A stretch of DNA of 64,000 bases from an uncultured Gammaproteobacteria bacterium (GTDB lineage Bacteria > Patescibacteriota > Patescibacteriia > Magasanikbacterales > GWA2-37-8), in the NCBI GenBank assembly GCA_964510885.1, contig CAZEDL010000001.1, positions 312,982 to 376,981 on the forward strand, read 5' to 3'. The notes under the pieces are model-generated. The model was not told the DNA's origin. It ran no database searches and worked only from the letters and a program-made list of their open reading frames with translations. Each line of letters begins with the position of its first letter. Within the stretch, counting starts at the first letter, position 1. Positions 28,373-39,040 of the stretch are shown here, one piece after another. The translations under genes and the position numbers were made by a program.

Positions 28373-30845
28373 TACCCTCATTGATTTTTCTCTTCTGCCC
28401 GAAGGTGATATTGCTGACTGGCTCCAAAAAAACCACATTGGGTTAACTGTATCTGAAATTTTACATATTCAAAATACTATTCTGAAACGACCACCCACTT
28501 TGACGGAGTGTATTTTATGGTCAATCCAGGGGTCGGAGCATAGCTCCTACAAAAGTAGCCGACCTCATCTGAAACAATTTGCTACCAGTGGCCCGAGTGT
28601 CATGCTTGGGCCCGGTGAAGATGCGGGGATTGTAGAAGTCGCTCGAGATGCCGAGGGGCACCGGTATGGCATTGTGATGAGCCATGAGTCGCATAATAGC
28701 CCGTCACAAATTGTCCCCTACGAAGGCGCGGCAACTGGGGTGGGTGGCAATGTGCGCGATGTGGCATGCATGGGGGCCAAGGTGATTGCGAGCGCTGACC
28801 CGCTGCGCTTTGGTGATATTGCAAAAAATAAAACGAAATGGTTGACCGATGGCGTAGTCGCCGGCATTGCCGGGTATGGAAATCCTATCGGGGTACCGAT
28901 TATTGCAGGCGATATTTATTTTGATAAAAGTTACGATCCAAATTGTTTGGTGAATGTGGTTACGCTCGGCGTGGTGCGCGACGATGAGATTATTCACTCT
29001 CGCGCTCCTAGCAATGCCGACGGGTATAATCTCATTCTCGTTGGCAAGCCCACCGATAACAGCGGATTTGGTGGGGCGAGCTTTTCTTCGGTCGTGGTTG
29101 ATGAAACGAAAAAAGAAACCAACAGTGGCGCGGTGCAGCAGCCGAACGCCTTTCTCAAACGACATTTGCTGAAGGCGAGTTATGAATTGTTTAAGATTTT
29201 GAAAGCCAAAAATTTGATTGACCAGGTTGGATTCAAAGACTTGGGTGCAGGCGGGATTGCCTGCGTGTCGGTGGAGCTCGCTGACGCGGGTGACTATGGC
29301 GCTGAGGTGAACCTAGACTTAGTGCCGACGAGCATGGATAATTTAGCACCAGCGGTGATTCTGTGTTCGGAAACGCAAGAGCGATTTATGTGGGTGGCGT
29401 CGCCCGAGGTGACACCACTGATTTTAGAACATTATAATAAGACGTTTGATTTGCCGAAGATTGCCGGGGGCGCACAGGCCAAAGTAGTTGGTACGATTCG
29501 AGATGATGGGCAGTACATCGTTACCTTTAAGGGAGAAAAAGTTGTCGACGCACCGGCAAAAGAGGTGACACGGGGGTTGGTGTATGATCGACCCCATGTC
29601 AGATCTCAACGAGAATTGAGTGAGCCGGATATACCCGAACCGATCCCCTACTGTCATCCTGAGCAGGGCGAAGGACCCCTTAACGCAAACAATGCCTTGC
29701 AGTTAACTTTAAGGGATTCTTCGGCTGGGTCTCAGAATGACAAGTGGACATATAACGACATCCTCCTCAAAATTCTTTCTCACGAAAACGTTGCTTCCCG
29801 CGAGCCGATCTATGAACACTATGACAAAAATGTGCAAGGCATTACGGTGATCGAACCCGGTGAAGCTGATTCGGGCGTAATGCAACCCTTCAAAGATGAG
29901 ACATACCCTGCTGAAATTCGCTCCACGGGCGTTGCGCTATCAGTCGATCAAAACCCACGTTACTGCTTAGTAGATGCTTATTGGGGTGGAGTGAATGCAG
30001 TTGTTGAAGCGATGCGTAATGTGGCCGCGGTGGGAGCCTATCCGGTAGCATTGACGGATTGTCTGAATTTTGGCAATCCGGAAAAGCCGGAGGACATGGG
30101 AGTGTTCATCGAAGGAGTGCGGGGCGTGGCCGAAGCACAAACAGGGATTCATCTGCGAGATTTTCCCGACTCCCCTATCCCGATTATTTCGGGCAATGTA
30201 TCGCTTTATAAGCCGGTGGCACCGAGCCCGATTATTGCGTGTCTTGGTGCTATGCCTGATGCGAGCAAGGCGATTACGATGCACTTTAAAAAAGCTGACT
30301 CGGTCTTATTCGTGATTGGAGAGAGAAAAGATGAGTGTGGTGGAAGTGTGTATTATAGTCTATTCAACGAAGGGGTGGTGTTGGCTCCCTCCCATGCCGG
30401 AGGGGATGTTAGGTGGGGTGGGAGCAACACACTCCTCGGCGCCAATGTCCCTAAACCAAACCTAGCTGAAGTTGAAAGAGAGCTGCGTGCACTGACCGAG
30501 GCTATTCAAACTGGATTAATCCTAGCCGCCCATGATATTTCCGATGGCGGTATCGCGACGACACTCGCTGAGATGAGCTTTAGGAATGAAATTGGGTGCG
30601 ACGTGGCTATTCCGGGGGAACTTAGGACAGATAGAAAATTATTTGGCGAAAGTGGAGGCTGGGCGATTGAAGTTGAAAAACATCAGATTGATATGGTAAA
30701 AAATATTTTTGAAAAAAATAAACTAGAGCTACTAGAGATCGGGACTACTACCGCTGAAAAAAAATTACAGATGAACGGAGTCGTGACGGTTGATTTATCG
30801 GAAGCCAAAAAAATGTGGACAAATGGACTGAGAGAAAAATTATAG
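28354..30845 (+). CDS. purL: Phosphoribosylformylglycinamidine synthase subunit PurL (FGAM synthase II), carrying an in-frame MITE insertion at 29652-29742
   Basis: ILWSIQGSEHSSYKSSRPHLKQ...GPGEDAGIVEV..., the GNPIGVP and DxLNFGNPE regions, both AIR-synthase-like halves. The 31-codon insert YCHPEQGEGPLNANNALQLTLRDSSAGSQNDK is palindromic DNA. Confidence 0.85.
29652..29742. repeat. Family-A MITE-like element (copy A3) inserted in-frame inside purL
   Basis: tgtcatcctgagcagggcgaaggacccc...ctcagaatgaca. The internal ccttaacgc...aactttaagggattcttcg core is shared with copy A4. The ORF is uninterrupted across it. Confidence 0.75.
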
Positions 30846-31951
30846 AGACTATGAAATCACTTACGTATACCACCTCCGGTGTTAATTACGACACTCTTGA
30901 CCCAGTGAAACGATTGGCGTTGCGGAGTGCTCGGGCCACTGGCAAACACCTGTTGAATTCTGGGGCTCAAGAAGTCGAAGCCAGCCGTGGTGAATCGGCT
31001 TATGTATGGAAACAAGGCGGTGTGTACCTGGCGTCGGTGATCGAGGGGCTCGGGACCAAAAATCTAGTGGCCGATGCGATGTATGCTCTGACTGGCAAAA
31101 ACTACTATGATGCAGCGGCCTACGATACGGTCGCTTCGATCATTAATGACCTCGTTTCCGTCGGAGCACGACCACTTAGCCTCCATGCCTATTGGGCGGT
31201 GGGCAACAGTGACTGGTTCAAAGATACGAAGCGCGCTTCTGACTTGGTCAGAGGGTGGAAAAAGGCCTGTGATGACGCGCGCGTATCGTGGGGTGGCGGC
31301 GAGACACCTAGCTACAAAGACATTATTAATCCCGAGACGATTGATTTGGCTGGCTCGGCTGTCGGGATTATTAAGAACAAAAAGCAACTACTCCTCGGAT
31401 CAAAAGTAACGGCCGGAGATAGAATTGTGCTCATCAAAAGTAATGGCATCAATGCTAATGGCTTAACCTTGGCTCGTGCCGTTGCTGATCGGTTACCCAA
31501 AGGCTATGCAACTAAACTCCCGAGTGGTATTTCATATGGCGAAGCGATTTTGAAACGCAGCCACATCTATGCACAATTGATTCAGGATTTATTCAAAGCT
31601 GGAGTTGAATTACATTATATTTCTAATATCACGGGGCATGGCCTGCGTAAAATTATGCGTGCGAATGAACCATTTAGTTATGTGCTCGAGCATATTTTTA
31701 AACCACAAGAAGTTTTTGCTTTTATCCAAGAGCAGGCGCAACTTTCTGATTACGAAATGTATCAGACATTCAATATGGGCCAGGACTATGCGTTGTTCAT
31801 TCCGGCGAAAGATGTATCTAGGGCGCAACGAATTATTAAAAAGAATATATTTCATAGTTTAAATGCAGGGTATATTGAAAAGGGTGAAAGACAGGTGATT
31901 ATTAAAGAAAAGAATATTGTTTATACATCTGAGACAATGAATTTAAGATAA
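30815..31951 (+). CDS. purM: Phosphoribosylformylglycinamidine cyclo-ligase (AIR synthetase), long form; start possibly 30851
   Basis: VIEGLGTKNLVA (DGVGTK-like), DLAGSAVGIIKNKKQLL.GSKVTAGDRIVLIKSNGINANGLTLAR (matches the PurM C-domain signature). Position in the pur operon. Confidence 0.7.
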   Translation: MDKWTERKIIETMKSLTYTTSGVNYDTLDPVKRLALRSARATGKHLLNSGAQEVEASRGESAYVWKQGGVYLASVIEGLGTKNLVADAMYALTGKNYYDAAAYDTVASIINDLVSVGARPLSLHAYWAVGNSDWFKDTKRASDLVRGWKKACDDARVSWGGGETPSYKDIINPETIDLAGSAVGIIKNKKQLLLGSKVTAGDRIVLIKSNGINANGLTLARAVADRLPKGYATKLPSGISYGEAILKRSHIYAQLIQDLFKAGVELHYISNITGHGLRKIMRANEPFSYVLEHIFKPQEVFAFIQEQAQLSDYEMYQTFNMGQDYALFIPAKDVSRAQRIIKKNIFHSLNAGYIEKGERQVIIKEKNIVYTSETMNLR

Positions 31952-31958
31952 TGTAAAT

Positions 31959-32918
31959 ATGCCATATAGAGAGACCCCTTATGGGGAAATAAACCGTCTT
32001 CCATCTGATACAAGTGGATATCGAATGCTTCAGATGAAGAATAATCCAGTGCGAAATAATGAAGGGGGCAATCAGGCCGGTCTCTATTTAGCAGCTGTAG
32101 AACTTAACTGTCCACACGAAGATGGCAATCATACTCCATTAATAACTCGAGTAGAGAGTGTCTCTTTGTTTGAAGGCGCGCTGCCTGAGGATGAAGTGTT
32201 AAAAAACGCTTCTAATCGAGACCATATACTAATTCAACTCGCGGGGACCAGCGACCTGCAAGTAGGTGCTACACAGGATAATTCGAGGCTAGTCCAACTC
32301 GAGCCCTTAAGTACGGTATTTATTAAACAAGGCATGTGGCAACAATCAATAAAAGCGTCCCCTGAGAGCAGGACGCTCATTATCACTTCCGCTGGCGATG
32401 AAACCGATGAAAATTATATTAAAAATAGAAGAAATTCGCCTCTATGTGCTAGCCGTGATTTCGCTACTTTAACTTTGAAACATGAACAGCCAACAACGGA
32501 TACGAACGTACTCAAACTGAACATCACAGATATTCCTTTTCCTATACTTCGAGCCTATTTTATTCATAGCGCCTCTGATCAAAAGGCTAGGAGCCGGGCT
32601 CATGCTCATCGAGGGGAAAAGGAAATATTTATACAGTTATCCGGGGAGTCGACTCTAATCATCGACCAAGGAGATAATAAAGGACCACAAGAACATCGGC
32701 TTACTAAAGGCCAGGCTCTCTACATACCAAATTTTGTATGGCACCAAGTTATCAATCCGAGTTTGGATTGCATGGTGGGAGTATTGTCTTCAACCCAATA
32801 TACCGGAAACCAAGATCTGCGAACAATTGAATATATTGAAGATCCTGATCAGTTTCAACGCAGCGTCGATCTTAGGAAACGGCTTCCCATTTTACCCGAC
32901 GACCTGTCTAATAGGTAA
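31959..32918 (+). CDS. Hypothetical cupin-domain protein inserted between purM and purQ
   Basis: C-terminal cupin motifs HAHRGEKEIFIQLSGESTLII...LYIPNFVWHQVINPS (an FdtA/WxcM-like sugar isomerase cupin pattern). The N-terminal ~200 aa are unassigned. Confidence 0.45.
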   Translation: MPYRETPYGEINRLPSDTSGYRMLQMKNNPVRNNEGGNQAGLYLAAVELNCPHEDGNHTPLITRVESVSLFEGALPEDEVLKNASNRDHILIQLAGTSDLQVGATQDNSRLVQLEPLSTVFIKQGMWQQSIKASPESRTLIITSAGDETDENYIKNRRNSPLCASRDFATLTLKHEQPTTDTNVLKLNITDIPFPILRAYFIHSASDQKARSRAHAHRGEKEIFIQLSGESTLIIDQGDNKGPQEHRLTKGQALYIPNFVWHQVINPSLDCMVGVLSSTQYTGNQDLRTIEYIEDPDQFQRSVDLRKRLPILPDDLSNR

Positions 32919-32921
32919 GTT

Positions 32922-34205
32922 ATGACTTTAGCCATCATCCAATTCCCCGGCAGTAATTGCGAAACTGAAACACTACGTGCCGTCAGAAATGTTGGCATGC
33001 AAGCGGAAGAATTTTTGTGGAATCGAAATCAGAATGATCTCACAAAATTTGACGGCTATATTATCGTCGGTGGCTTTTCGTATGAAGATCGGTCGCGCTC
33101 CGGGATTATCGCGGCGCTTGACCCGCTCATCCCCTATCTACGAGCGGAAGCCGAGAAAGGCAAGCCAGTGCTTGGAATTTGCAATGGCGCGCAGATTTTG
33201 GTGGAAACGGGAATGGTACCCGGGCTGAAAAAGTATGCGGTCGGGATGGCCTTGGCAGAAAATAAACGAGTTAAAAACGGACAAGTGCTGGGGACTGGCT
33301 ATTACAATGCCTGGGTGCAGATGAAATTGACCGTCGATCCACTACGAACCGCCTTTACTAGGAAATTAAAGGCTGGTGCAATTTTGGACGTACCCATCGC
33401 CCACGGCGAAGGCCGTTTTATTATCCCTTCTGAACTGTTGAACGAGATGAAGCGAAACGGGCAAACGATCTTCTGTTACTCTGATGCAATGGGGAATACT
33501 ACCGAAGAATTCCCAACCAACCCCAATGGCGCCATATATAATTTAGCAGCCGTAAGCAATACTGCTGGTAACGTCATGGCAATGATGCCGCATCCGGAAC
33601 GGCGGCCTGATATGGGTCGGGCTATTTTTGAATCACTACGGGATTATATTCGTGAACCTGCCGCTCTTTCTGCATACGCATCCTTGTCTTTTGCTCCTCC
33701 ACCTTTGGTCACTCCTAACTACGCTCTGCCTACTTCAGCATGTAGCATTATGACCGTGCTCATTATCACTGACAATGAAGCTAAAACGGTTGAAGCCACT
33801 CTACGACAGCTGGGATTAGCGGTAATTGTGGAACGAATCACTTATTGGGAGATTGAGAATGAGGCGCAACATACTACAGAATTAAAGCAAATCCTGGTGA
33901 GTTCGGGAGAGTTATTTAATCCAAACAAAGAGCGACTTGTTCAGAATCCCCCTACTCACGAGAGGTTGTCAGAGGGCGAAGGAGTTACGTTATTAGTTCG
34001 GCCTAGAGAAAATTTTGTTGGCCAGCAAAAAAAACAATCACTGGAACAACGATTTGGATTAACAACTATCACACGTATTAACAAAGGGTCATTGTGGAAG
34101 ATACGGCCGGCACATGGTACGATACCCAACTTGCTCAGCCGGATTCTGGAAACGAATATTTTGTATAATCAGTTTAGTCAAGAGTGTTTTGTATATAAAG
34201 GTTAA
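32922..34205 (+). CDS. purQ: FGAM synthase glutaminase subunit PurQ, fused to a C-terminal ~190-aa extension resembling tandem PurS domains
   Basis: Residues 1-235 are class I glutamine amidotransferase (LGICNGAQIL catalytic Cys, HGEGRF, MPHPER). The extension has two PurS-like beta-alpha-beta-beta-alpha units ending ELKQILVSSGELFNPNKERL and LLSRILETNILYNQFSQECFV. Confidence 0.7.
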   Translation: MTLAIIQFPGSNCETETLRAVRNVGMQAEEFLWNRNQNDLTKFDGYIIVGGFSYEDRSRSGIIAALDPLIPYLRAEAEKGKPVLGICNGAQILVETGMVPGLKKYAVGMALAENKRVKNGQVLGTGYYNAWVQMKLTVDPLRTAFTRKLKAGAILDVPIAHGEGRFIIPSELLNEMKRNGQTIFCYSDAMGNTTEEFPTNPNGAIYNLAAVSNTAGNVMAMMPHPERRPDMGRAIFESLRDYIREPAALSAYASLSFAPPPLVTPNYALPTSACSIMTVLIITDNEAKTVEATLRQLGLAVIVERITYWEIENEAQHTTELKQILVSSGELFNPNKERLVQNPPTHERLSEGEGVTLLVRPRENFVGQQKKQSLEQRFGLTTITRINKGSLWKIRPAHGTIPNLLSRILETNILYNQFSQECFVYKG

Positions 34206-34219
34206 ATGAATAACTACTT

Positions 34220-34873
34220 ATGATACAGGCCGTAATTTTTGACATGGATGGGCTCATGATAGACAGCGAGCCGATACAATCACGGGCGATCGAGGCGGTG
34301 ATTCGATCGTATGGCAAGGAACCAATCTTGAATGAATATGGAGTCGTACAAAACTTTGGTATGCGCGCCGAAGATGATTGGGGAGCAAAAAAAGAGCAGC
34401 TAGGAATTACTGAAGATACGTCTATTTTGATCCAGAAGAAATCAGCTATTTATACAGAGATGCTGAAAGTCGCGATTACGGTAAAACCTGGTTTGCAGGG
34501 CTTGATTAGGTTGTTCCAAGCTCATGGCCTACCCATGGCAATCGGCTCCTCTTCTTCCTTATCTGATATTCACCTGGTAGTACACCACCTCGGACTGGAA
34601 ACAGCTTTTACTACTATTGTATCAGGGCAAGATGTTACTCGCGGCAAACCAGCGCCAGATATTTTTCTTGAAGCGGCTAAGCGATTGCAGATCGCGCCGA
34701 TCAATTGCTTGGTACTCGAAGACGCTCTGAGCGGGGTGGAAGCCGGCGTGCGGGCAGGGATGAAGGTGATCGCCGTCCCAAATCAATACGTGTCACCCGA
34801 TCGATATACACAGGCTGACCGAACTCTTGGTTCACTGGCAGATATTACCTGGGAAATGATTCAATCACTGTAA
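34220..34873 (+). CDS. HAD-superfamily hydrolase (beta-phosphoglucomutase/phosphatase-like)
   Basis: Motif I VIFDMDGLMIDSE, motif II S/T, motif III K...LEDALSGVEAGVRAGM. Confidence 0.7.
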   Translation: MIQAVIFDMDGLMIDSEPIQSRAIEAVIRSYGKEPILNEYGVVQNFGMRAEDDWGAKKEQLGITEDTSILIQKKSAIYTEMLKVAITVKPGLQGLIRLFQAHGLPMAIGSSSSLSDIHLVVHHLGLETAFTTIVSGQDVTRGKPAPDIFLEAAKRLQIAPINCLVLEDALSGVEAGVRAGMKVIAVPNQYVSPDRYTQADRTLGSLADITWEMIQSL

Positions 34874-34879
34874 GACTCT

Positions 34880-35848
34880 ATGCACTACGAGCAAGTAATC
34901 AAAACCCATCTGAATAACTGTGTAACCGTTACTGATTTTAATTTCGGCAAGAAGCGAATCGGTAAAGTCCGTGACACTTACGAATTACCTGATACATTAA
35001 TTTTGGTTACCACCGACCGCCAAAGCGCTTTCGACCGAGTGCTGGCTGCCATCCCCTTCAAAGGACAGGTGCTGAATCAGACGAGCGCCTGGTGGTTTGA
35101 GAAAACGAAGCATATTGTGCCGAATCATGTGCTCTCGGTGCCCGATGCCAATGTGACGATCGGAAAAAAATGTACTGTATTTCCGGTCGAGTTTGTCGTG
35201 CGGGGTTACATTACGGGCACTACGAGCACCAGTGCGTGGGTCAACTACCACAATGGCATGCGGGAGTTTTGCGGGAATACCTTACCAGAGGGACTGAAAA
35301 AAAATCAGCGGTTTGACCTGCCCATTATCACTCCGACTACCAAATCCGATGAACACGATCGTTTGATCAGTCCTAAAGAAATTATCTCCGAGGGCCTGAT
35401 GACAGCGGCCGATTGGGACTATGTGAGCAGCAAAGCATTAGAACTGTTTAGTTTTGGTCAAAAAGTCGCGGCTGAACACGGGCTGATTTTAGTCGATACG
35501 AAATATGAATTTGGTAAGGATGTTGATGGAACTATTCGGATTGTAGATGAGATGCATACCCCAGATTCCAGTCGGTATTGGATTGCCAAATCCTACGAGC
35601 AGCGGATGACGGAAGGAAAAGAACCAGAGAATATTGACAAAGAATTTTTACGGTTGTGGTTTACCGAGCATTGCGACCCCTATCATGATAAAGAACTACC
35701 ACCAGCGCCGGAAGAACTGGTCATTGAGCTATCACGACTATACATTCAATTATATGAGATGATTACTGGGGAGAAATTTATTTTTCCAGAACAGAATGAA
35801 TCTATTACTGAACGGATTAACCAGTCGCTAAAAAAGTATACGTTATAA
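34880..35848 (+). CDS. purC: Phosphoribosylaminoimidazole-succinocarboxamide synthase (SAICAR synthetase), long form
   Basis: GKVRDTYELPDTLILVTTDRQSAFD, and FVVRGYITG for ATP binding. Confidence 0.8.
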   Translation: MHYEQVIKTHLNNCVTVTDFNFGKKRIGKVRDTYELPDTLILVTTDRQSAFDRVLAAIPFKGQVLNQTSAWWFEKTKHIVPNHVLSVPDANVTIGKKCTVFPVEFVVRGYITGTTSTSAWVNYHNGMREFCGNTLPEGLKKNQRFDLPIITPTTKSDEHDRLISPKEIISEGLMTAADWDYVSSKALELFSFGQKVAAEHGLILVDTKYEFGKDVDGTIRIVDEMHTPDSSRYWIAKSYEQRMTEGKEPENIDKEFLRLWFTEHCDPYHDKELPPAPEELVIELSRLYIQLYEMITGEKFIFPEQNESITERINQSLKKYTL

Positions 35849-35866
35849 TTTATAAATTATAATTGT

Positions 35867-36991
35867 GTGTCCAAAACGTTAGGCATTATCGGCGGCGGAC
35901 AATTAGGGCGCTTGCTCTGTGAAGCAGCGCGGTCGCTTGGGATACGCACGATCGTGCTTGACCCAACTCCAGATAGCCCGGCAGGACAAGTAGCAGATGA
36001 GCAAATAATTGGGGATTATAGAGATCCCGCTGCTATTAAAAAATTAGCTAAGCGAGTAGACGTATTGACTTGGGAAATAGAATCAACCAATGCTGCGGCA
36101 CTTATCAAACTCAAGGAGACAGGAATCAATGTAGAGCCATCACCCGAACAGCTACTGGTTATTCAAGATAAATTGTTGCAAAAAAAATTACTTCAACAGG
36201 CTGGCATTCCAGTGGCCGATTTTTGTGAATTATCAGACTCCAATGAATTGCCTCAAATTGCTAAGGAATATGGATATCCGTTTCTCTTGAAAGCGCGCTG
36301 CCAGGCCTTTGATGGAAGAGGGAATTATTTGGTTCGATCTGTGAAAGATATCCCAGCGGCCTTAGCGAAACTTGGAAAAGCTGATTTGTATGTGGAGCGG
36401 TATATTCCCTTTCAAAGGGAACTGGCTATTCAGGTGGCACGCAGCCAGAGCGGAAAAATTAGTCTTTTCCCGTTAGTCGAAACGATACAGAAAAATAATA
36501 TTTGCCATAGCGTGATGGCACCAGCGCGAGTTTCGGCAATAATTACGAAACAAGCTTTACTCATTGCCCAAAAAGTGGCGCGTGAGCTGAAAGGAGCAGG
36601 AGTATTTGGTATTGAATTCTTTTTGACTAGGGATAAGAAAATTGTGGTCAATGAAATTGCCCCGCGCGTGCACAATAGCGGGCACTATACGATCGAAGCG
36701 TGCAGTGTATCGCAATTTGAACAACACGTACGATTGGTGTGCGGGTTACCGGCTAAAAAAATTAAACTTATTTCATCAGCGGTAATGATTAATCTGCTAG
36801 GCGACCGCATGGGTCTGGCAGAATGGAAGGGTTTAGATAAAATTAATAAGCAAAAAAATGTATTTGTTCATGTATACGGCAAAGAAGAAGTTAAGCCGGA
36901 GCGGAAGATGGGGCACATCACGGTCTTAGGGAGAACTGCTGGAGTGGCTTGGCGAACAGCTTTGGAAATTAGGAAAAAGATTAGGATATAA
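35867..36991 (+). CDS. purK: N5-carboxyaminoimidazole ribonucleotide synthase (ATP-grasp)
   Basis: LGIIGGGQLGRLLCEAA Rossmann, ATP-grasp core, position next to purE. Confidence 0.8.
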   Translation: MSKTLGIIGGGQLGRLLCEAARSLGIRTIVLDPTPDSPAGQVADEQIIGDYRDPAAIKKLAKRVDVLTWEIESTNAAALIKLKETGINVEPSPEQLLVIQDKLLQKKLLQQAGIPVADFCELSDSNELPQIAKEYGYPFLLKARCQAFDGRGNYLVRSVKDIPAALAKLGKADLYVERYIPFQRELAIQVARSQSGKISLFPLVETIQKNNICHSVMAPARVSAIITKQALLIAQKVARELKGAGVFGIEFFLTRDKKIVVNEIAPRVHNSGHYTIEACSVSQFEQHVRLVCGLPAKKIKLISSAVMINLLGDRMGLAEWKGLDKINKQKNVFVHVYGKEEVKPERKMGHITVLGRTAGVAWRTALEIRKKIRI

Positions 36992-37029
36992 ATCAACAAG
37001 ATACCATATTAATTGGTAAAATAAATTAC

Positions 37030-37121
37030 TGTCATCCTGAACACAATGAAGGATCCCTTAACGCTATAATTAGTACAGAATTTTAACTTTAAGGGATTCT
37101 TCGCTACCGCTCAGAATGACA
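37030..37121. repeat. Family-A MITE-like element (copy A4), intergenic between purK and purE
   Basis: tgtcatcctgaacacaatgaaggatccc...ctcagaatgaca. The core is near-identical to copy A3. Confidence 0.75.
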
Positions 37122-37141
37122 ATTCGTTATTACCTCATTAA

Positions 37142-37657
37142 ATGGTTAGTAATTATTTTATGAAAAAACCTTTGGTCGGCATTATTATGGGATCGGATTC
37201 AGATTTACCGCTGATGCAGGAATGCAGCGCCCAGCTCAAAGAATTTGGTATCGCCTATGAACTGACTATTGTGTCGGCTCATCGGACACCCAAGCGCATG
37301 GTGGCGTACGCCGAGGAAGCAGAGCATAAAGGATTACGAGTGATTATTGCTTGTGCGGGTGGCGCGGCGCACTTACCAGGGATGGCGGCATCGCTGACTA
37401 CTCTGCCGGTCATTGGGGTGCCAAGAGAATTAAAAACCTTAAAAGGCATTGATTCACTCCTATCTATTGCCCAGATGCCACCCGGAGTGCCGGTTGCGAC
37501 GATGGCGATCAATGGAGCCAAAAATGCAGCACTACTGGCGGTGCGGATGTTGGCTTTAAGTGATAATACCTTGGCCACTAAGCTTAAAAAATACCAGAAT
37601 GAATTGAAAAATTCAGTTGAGAAAAAGGCTCGGGCGTTAGAAAAAACGATTCGATGA
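37142..37657 (+). CDS. purE: N5-CAIR mutase (PurE)
   Basis: [36 protein letters not shown] motifs. Confidence 0.85.
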   Translation: MVSNYFMKKPLVGIIMGSDSDLPLMQECSAQLKEFGIAYELTIVSAHRTPKRMVAYAEEAEHKGLRVIIACAGGAAHLPGMAASLTTLPVIGVPRELKTLKGIDSLLSIAQMPPGVPVATMAINGAKNAALLAVRMLALSDNTLATKLKKYQNELKNSVEKKARALEKTIR

Positions 37658-39027
37658 TAATAATAGAACCTACTATGCCTACTTTACAAAATCTTTCCCC
37701 TCTCGACGGCCGTTACGCGGAAAAAATATCCGAACTTACCAACTATTTTTCCGAAATGGCACTGATGAAATACCGCCTTCTGGTTGAGATTGAATATTTT
37801 ATCGCGCTGAGTCTAGAGCCGAAAATTGAAGAGTTTCCCCCGTTAGCCGAGGATACGCAACAGCTGCTCCGTGATATCTATGTACAGTTTTCTGTAGCCG
37901 ACGCCGAACACATCAAAACTATCGAACAGACGACTCAGCACGATGTAAAGGCGGTGGAATATTTTTTAAAAGAAAAAATCAGCGCTCTCCCTTGTTCTGA
38001 ACACGCTGAATTTATTCATTTTGCACTCACCTCCGAAGATATAAACAATCTGGCCTATTCACTGATGTGGAAACAGGCTCTAACCGAGATCTATCTGCCA
38101 GTCTTTACCGAGGTGATAGAAAAAATTACCGCCTTTGCCAAAACTAACGCCTCTGTTCCCCTCTTGGCGCTCACCCATGGGCAGAGCGCTACACCGACGA
38201 CTGTGGGCAAAGAATTTGCAGTGTTTGCTAACCGATTGACCCGCCAATTACAACACCTACAAAGACAAACCTTTCTGGGGAAACTGAGTGGGGCGACAGG
38301 TACGTGGAGTGCACAGACTCTCGCGTATCCCGCAATTGACTGGCTAGCATTCAGCGAATCATTCATTACTGCACTCGGGCTTGAGCCTAACCTGGTTACA
38401 ACTCAAATTGAACCCCACGATTCGCTCGCGGAAAGTTTTCATACGCTAGAGCGGATTAATACAATCTTGATCGATTTTACTCGTGATGTCTGGCTGTATA
38501 TCATGCGCGGCGTCTTGGGACAGACGAAAAAGGAAGGCGAGGTAGGCTCAAGTACCATGCCCCACAAAATTAATCCTATTCATTTTGAAAATGCGGAGGG
38601 AAATTTGGGAATTGCTAATGCGTTATTTGGACATCTGGCAGAAAAGTTACCTGTTTCACGACTACAACGAGATCTTACTGATAGTACTGTGCTTCGAAAT
38701 ATCGGCGTGCCACTCGGTCATTCCCTCTTGGCTTGCCAGAGTATTTTGACTGGCCTGTCGCGCGTGACAGTGAACGAAGAAAAAGTGAACGAAGAATTAG
38801 GACAGCACTACGAAATTCTCGCTGAGGCGATCCAAATCGTTTTACGCAAAGTTGGTTACCCCAAACCATATGAAAAGCTAAAAGAGTTAACGCGCGGAGA
38901 AAAAATTACCAAAGAAAAAATTTACCAATTTGTTTCTGAACTTGAAATCTCAAAAGCAGAAAAAGACGTATTATTAGCGCTAACACCACAAACGTATATT
39001 GGGCTTGCAACTAAGCTCGCTTCCTAA
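37654..39027 (+). CDS. purB: Adenylosuccinate lyase
   Basis: SPLDGRY N-terminus, fumarate-lyase signature [11 protein letters not shown]. Confidence 0.85.
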   Translation: MIIIEPTMPTLQNLSPLDGRYAEKISELTNYFSEMALMKYRLLVEIEYFIALSLEPKIEEFPPLAEDTQQLLRDIYVQFSVADAEHIKTIEQTTQHDVKAVEYFLKEKISALPCSEHAEFIHFALTSEDINNLAYSLMWKQALTEIYLPVFTEVIEKITAFAKTNASVPLLALTHGQSATPTTVGKEFAVFANRLTRQLQHLQRQTFLGKLSGATGTWSAQTLAYPAIDWLAFSESFITALGLEPNLVTTQIEPHDSLAESFHTLERINTILIDFTRDVWLYIMRGVLGQTKKEGEVGSSTMPHKINPIHFENAEGNLGIANALFGHLAEKLPVSRLQRDLTDSTVLRNIGVPLGHSLLACQSILTGLSRVTVNEEKVNEELGQHYEILAEAIQIVLRKVGYPKPYEKLKELTRGEKITKEKIYQFVSELEISKAEKDVLLALTPQTYIGLATKLAS

Positions 39028-39040
39028 TCTATTTTCTATG

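Noticed and set aside
29652-29742. The in-frame 31-35-aa inserts in PurL/PurD/PurH could be mini-inteins.
   Set aside because: They are far too short and lack intein splice-junction residues (Cys/Ser…HN). Their DNA is palindromic with MITE-like termini, repeated in intergenic DNA.
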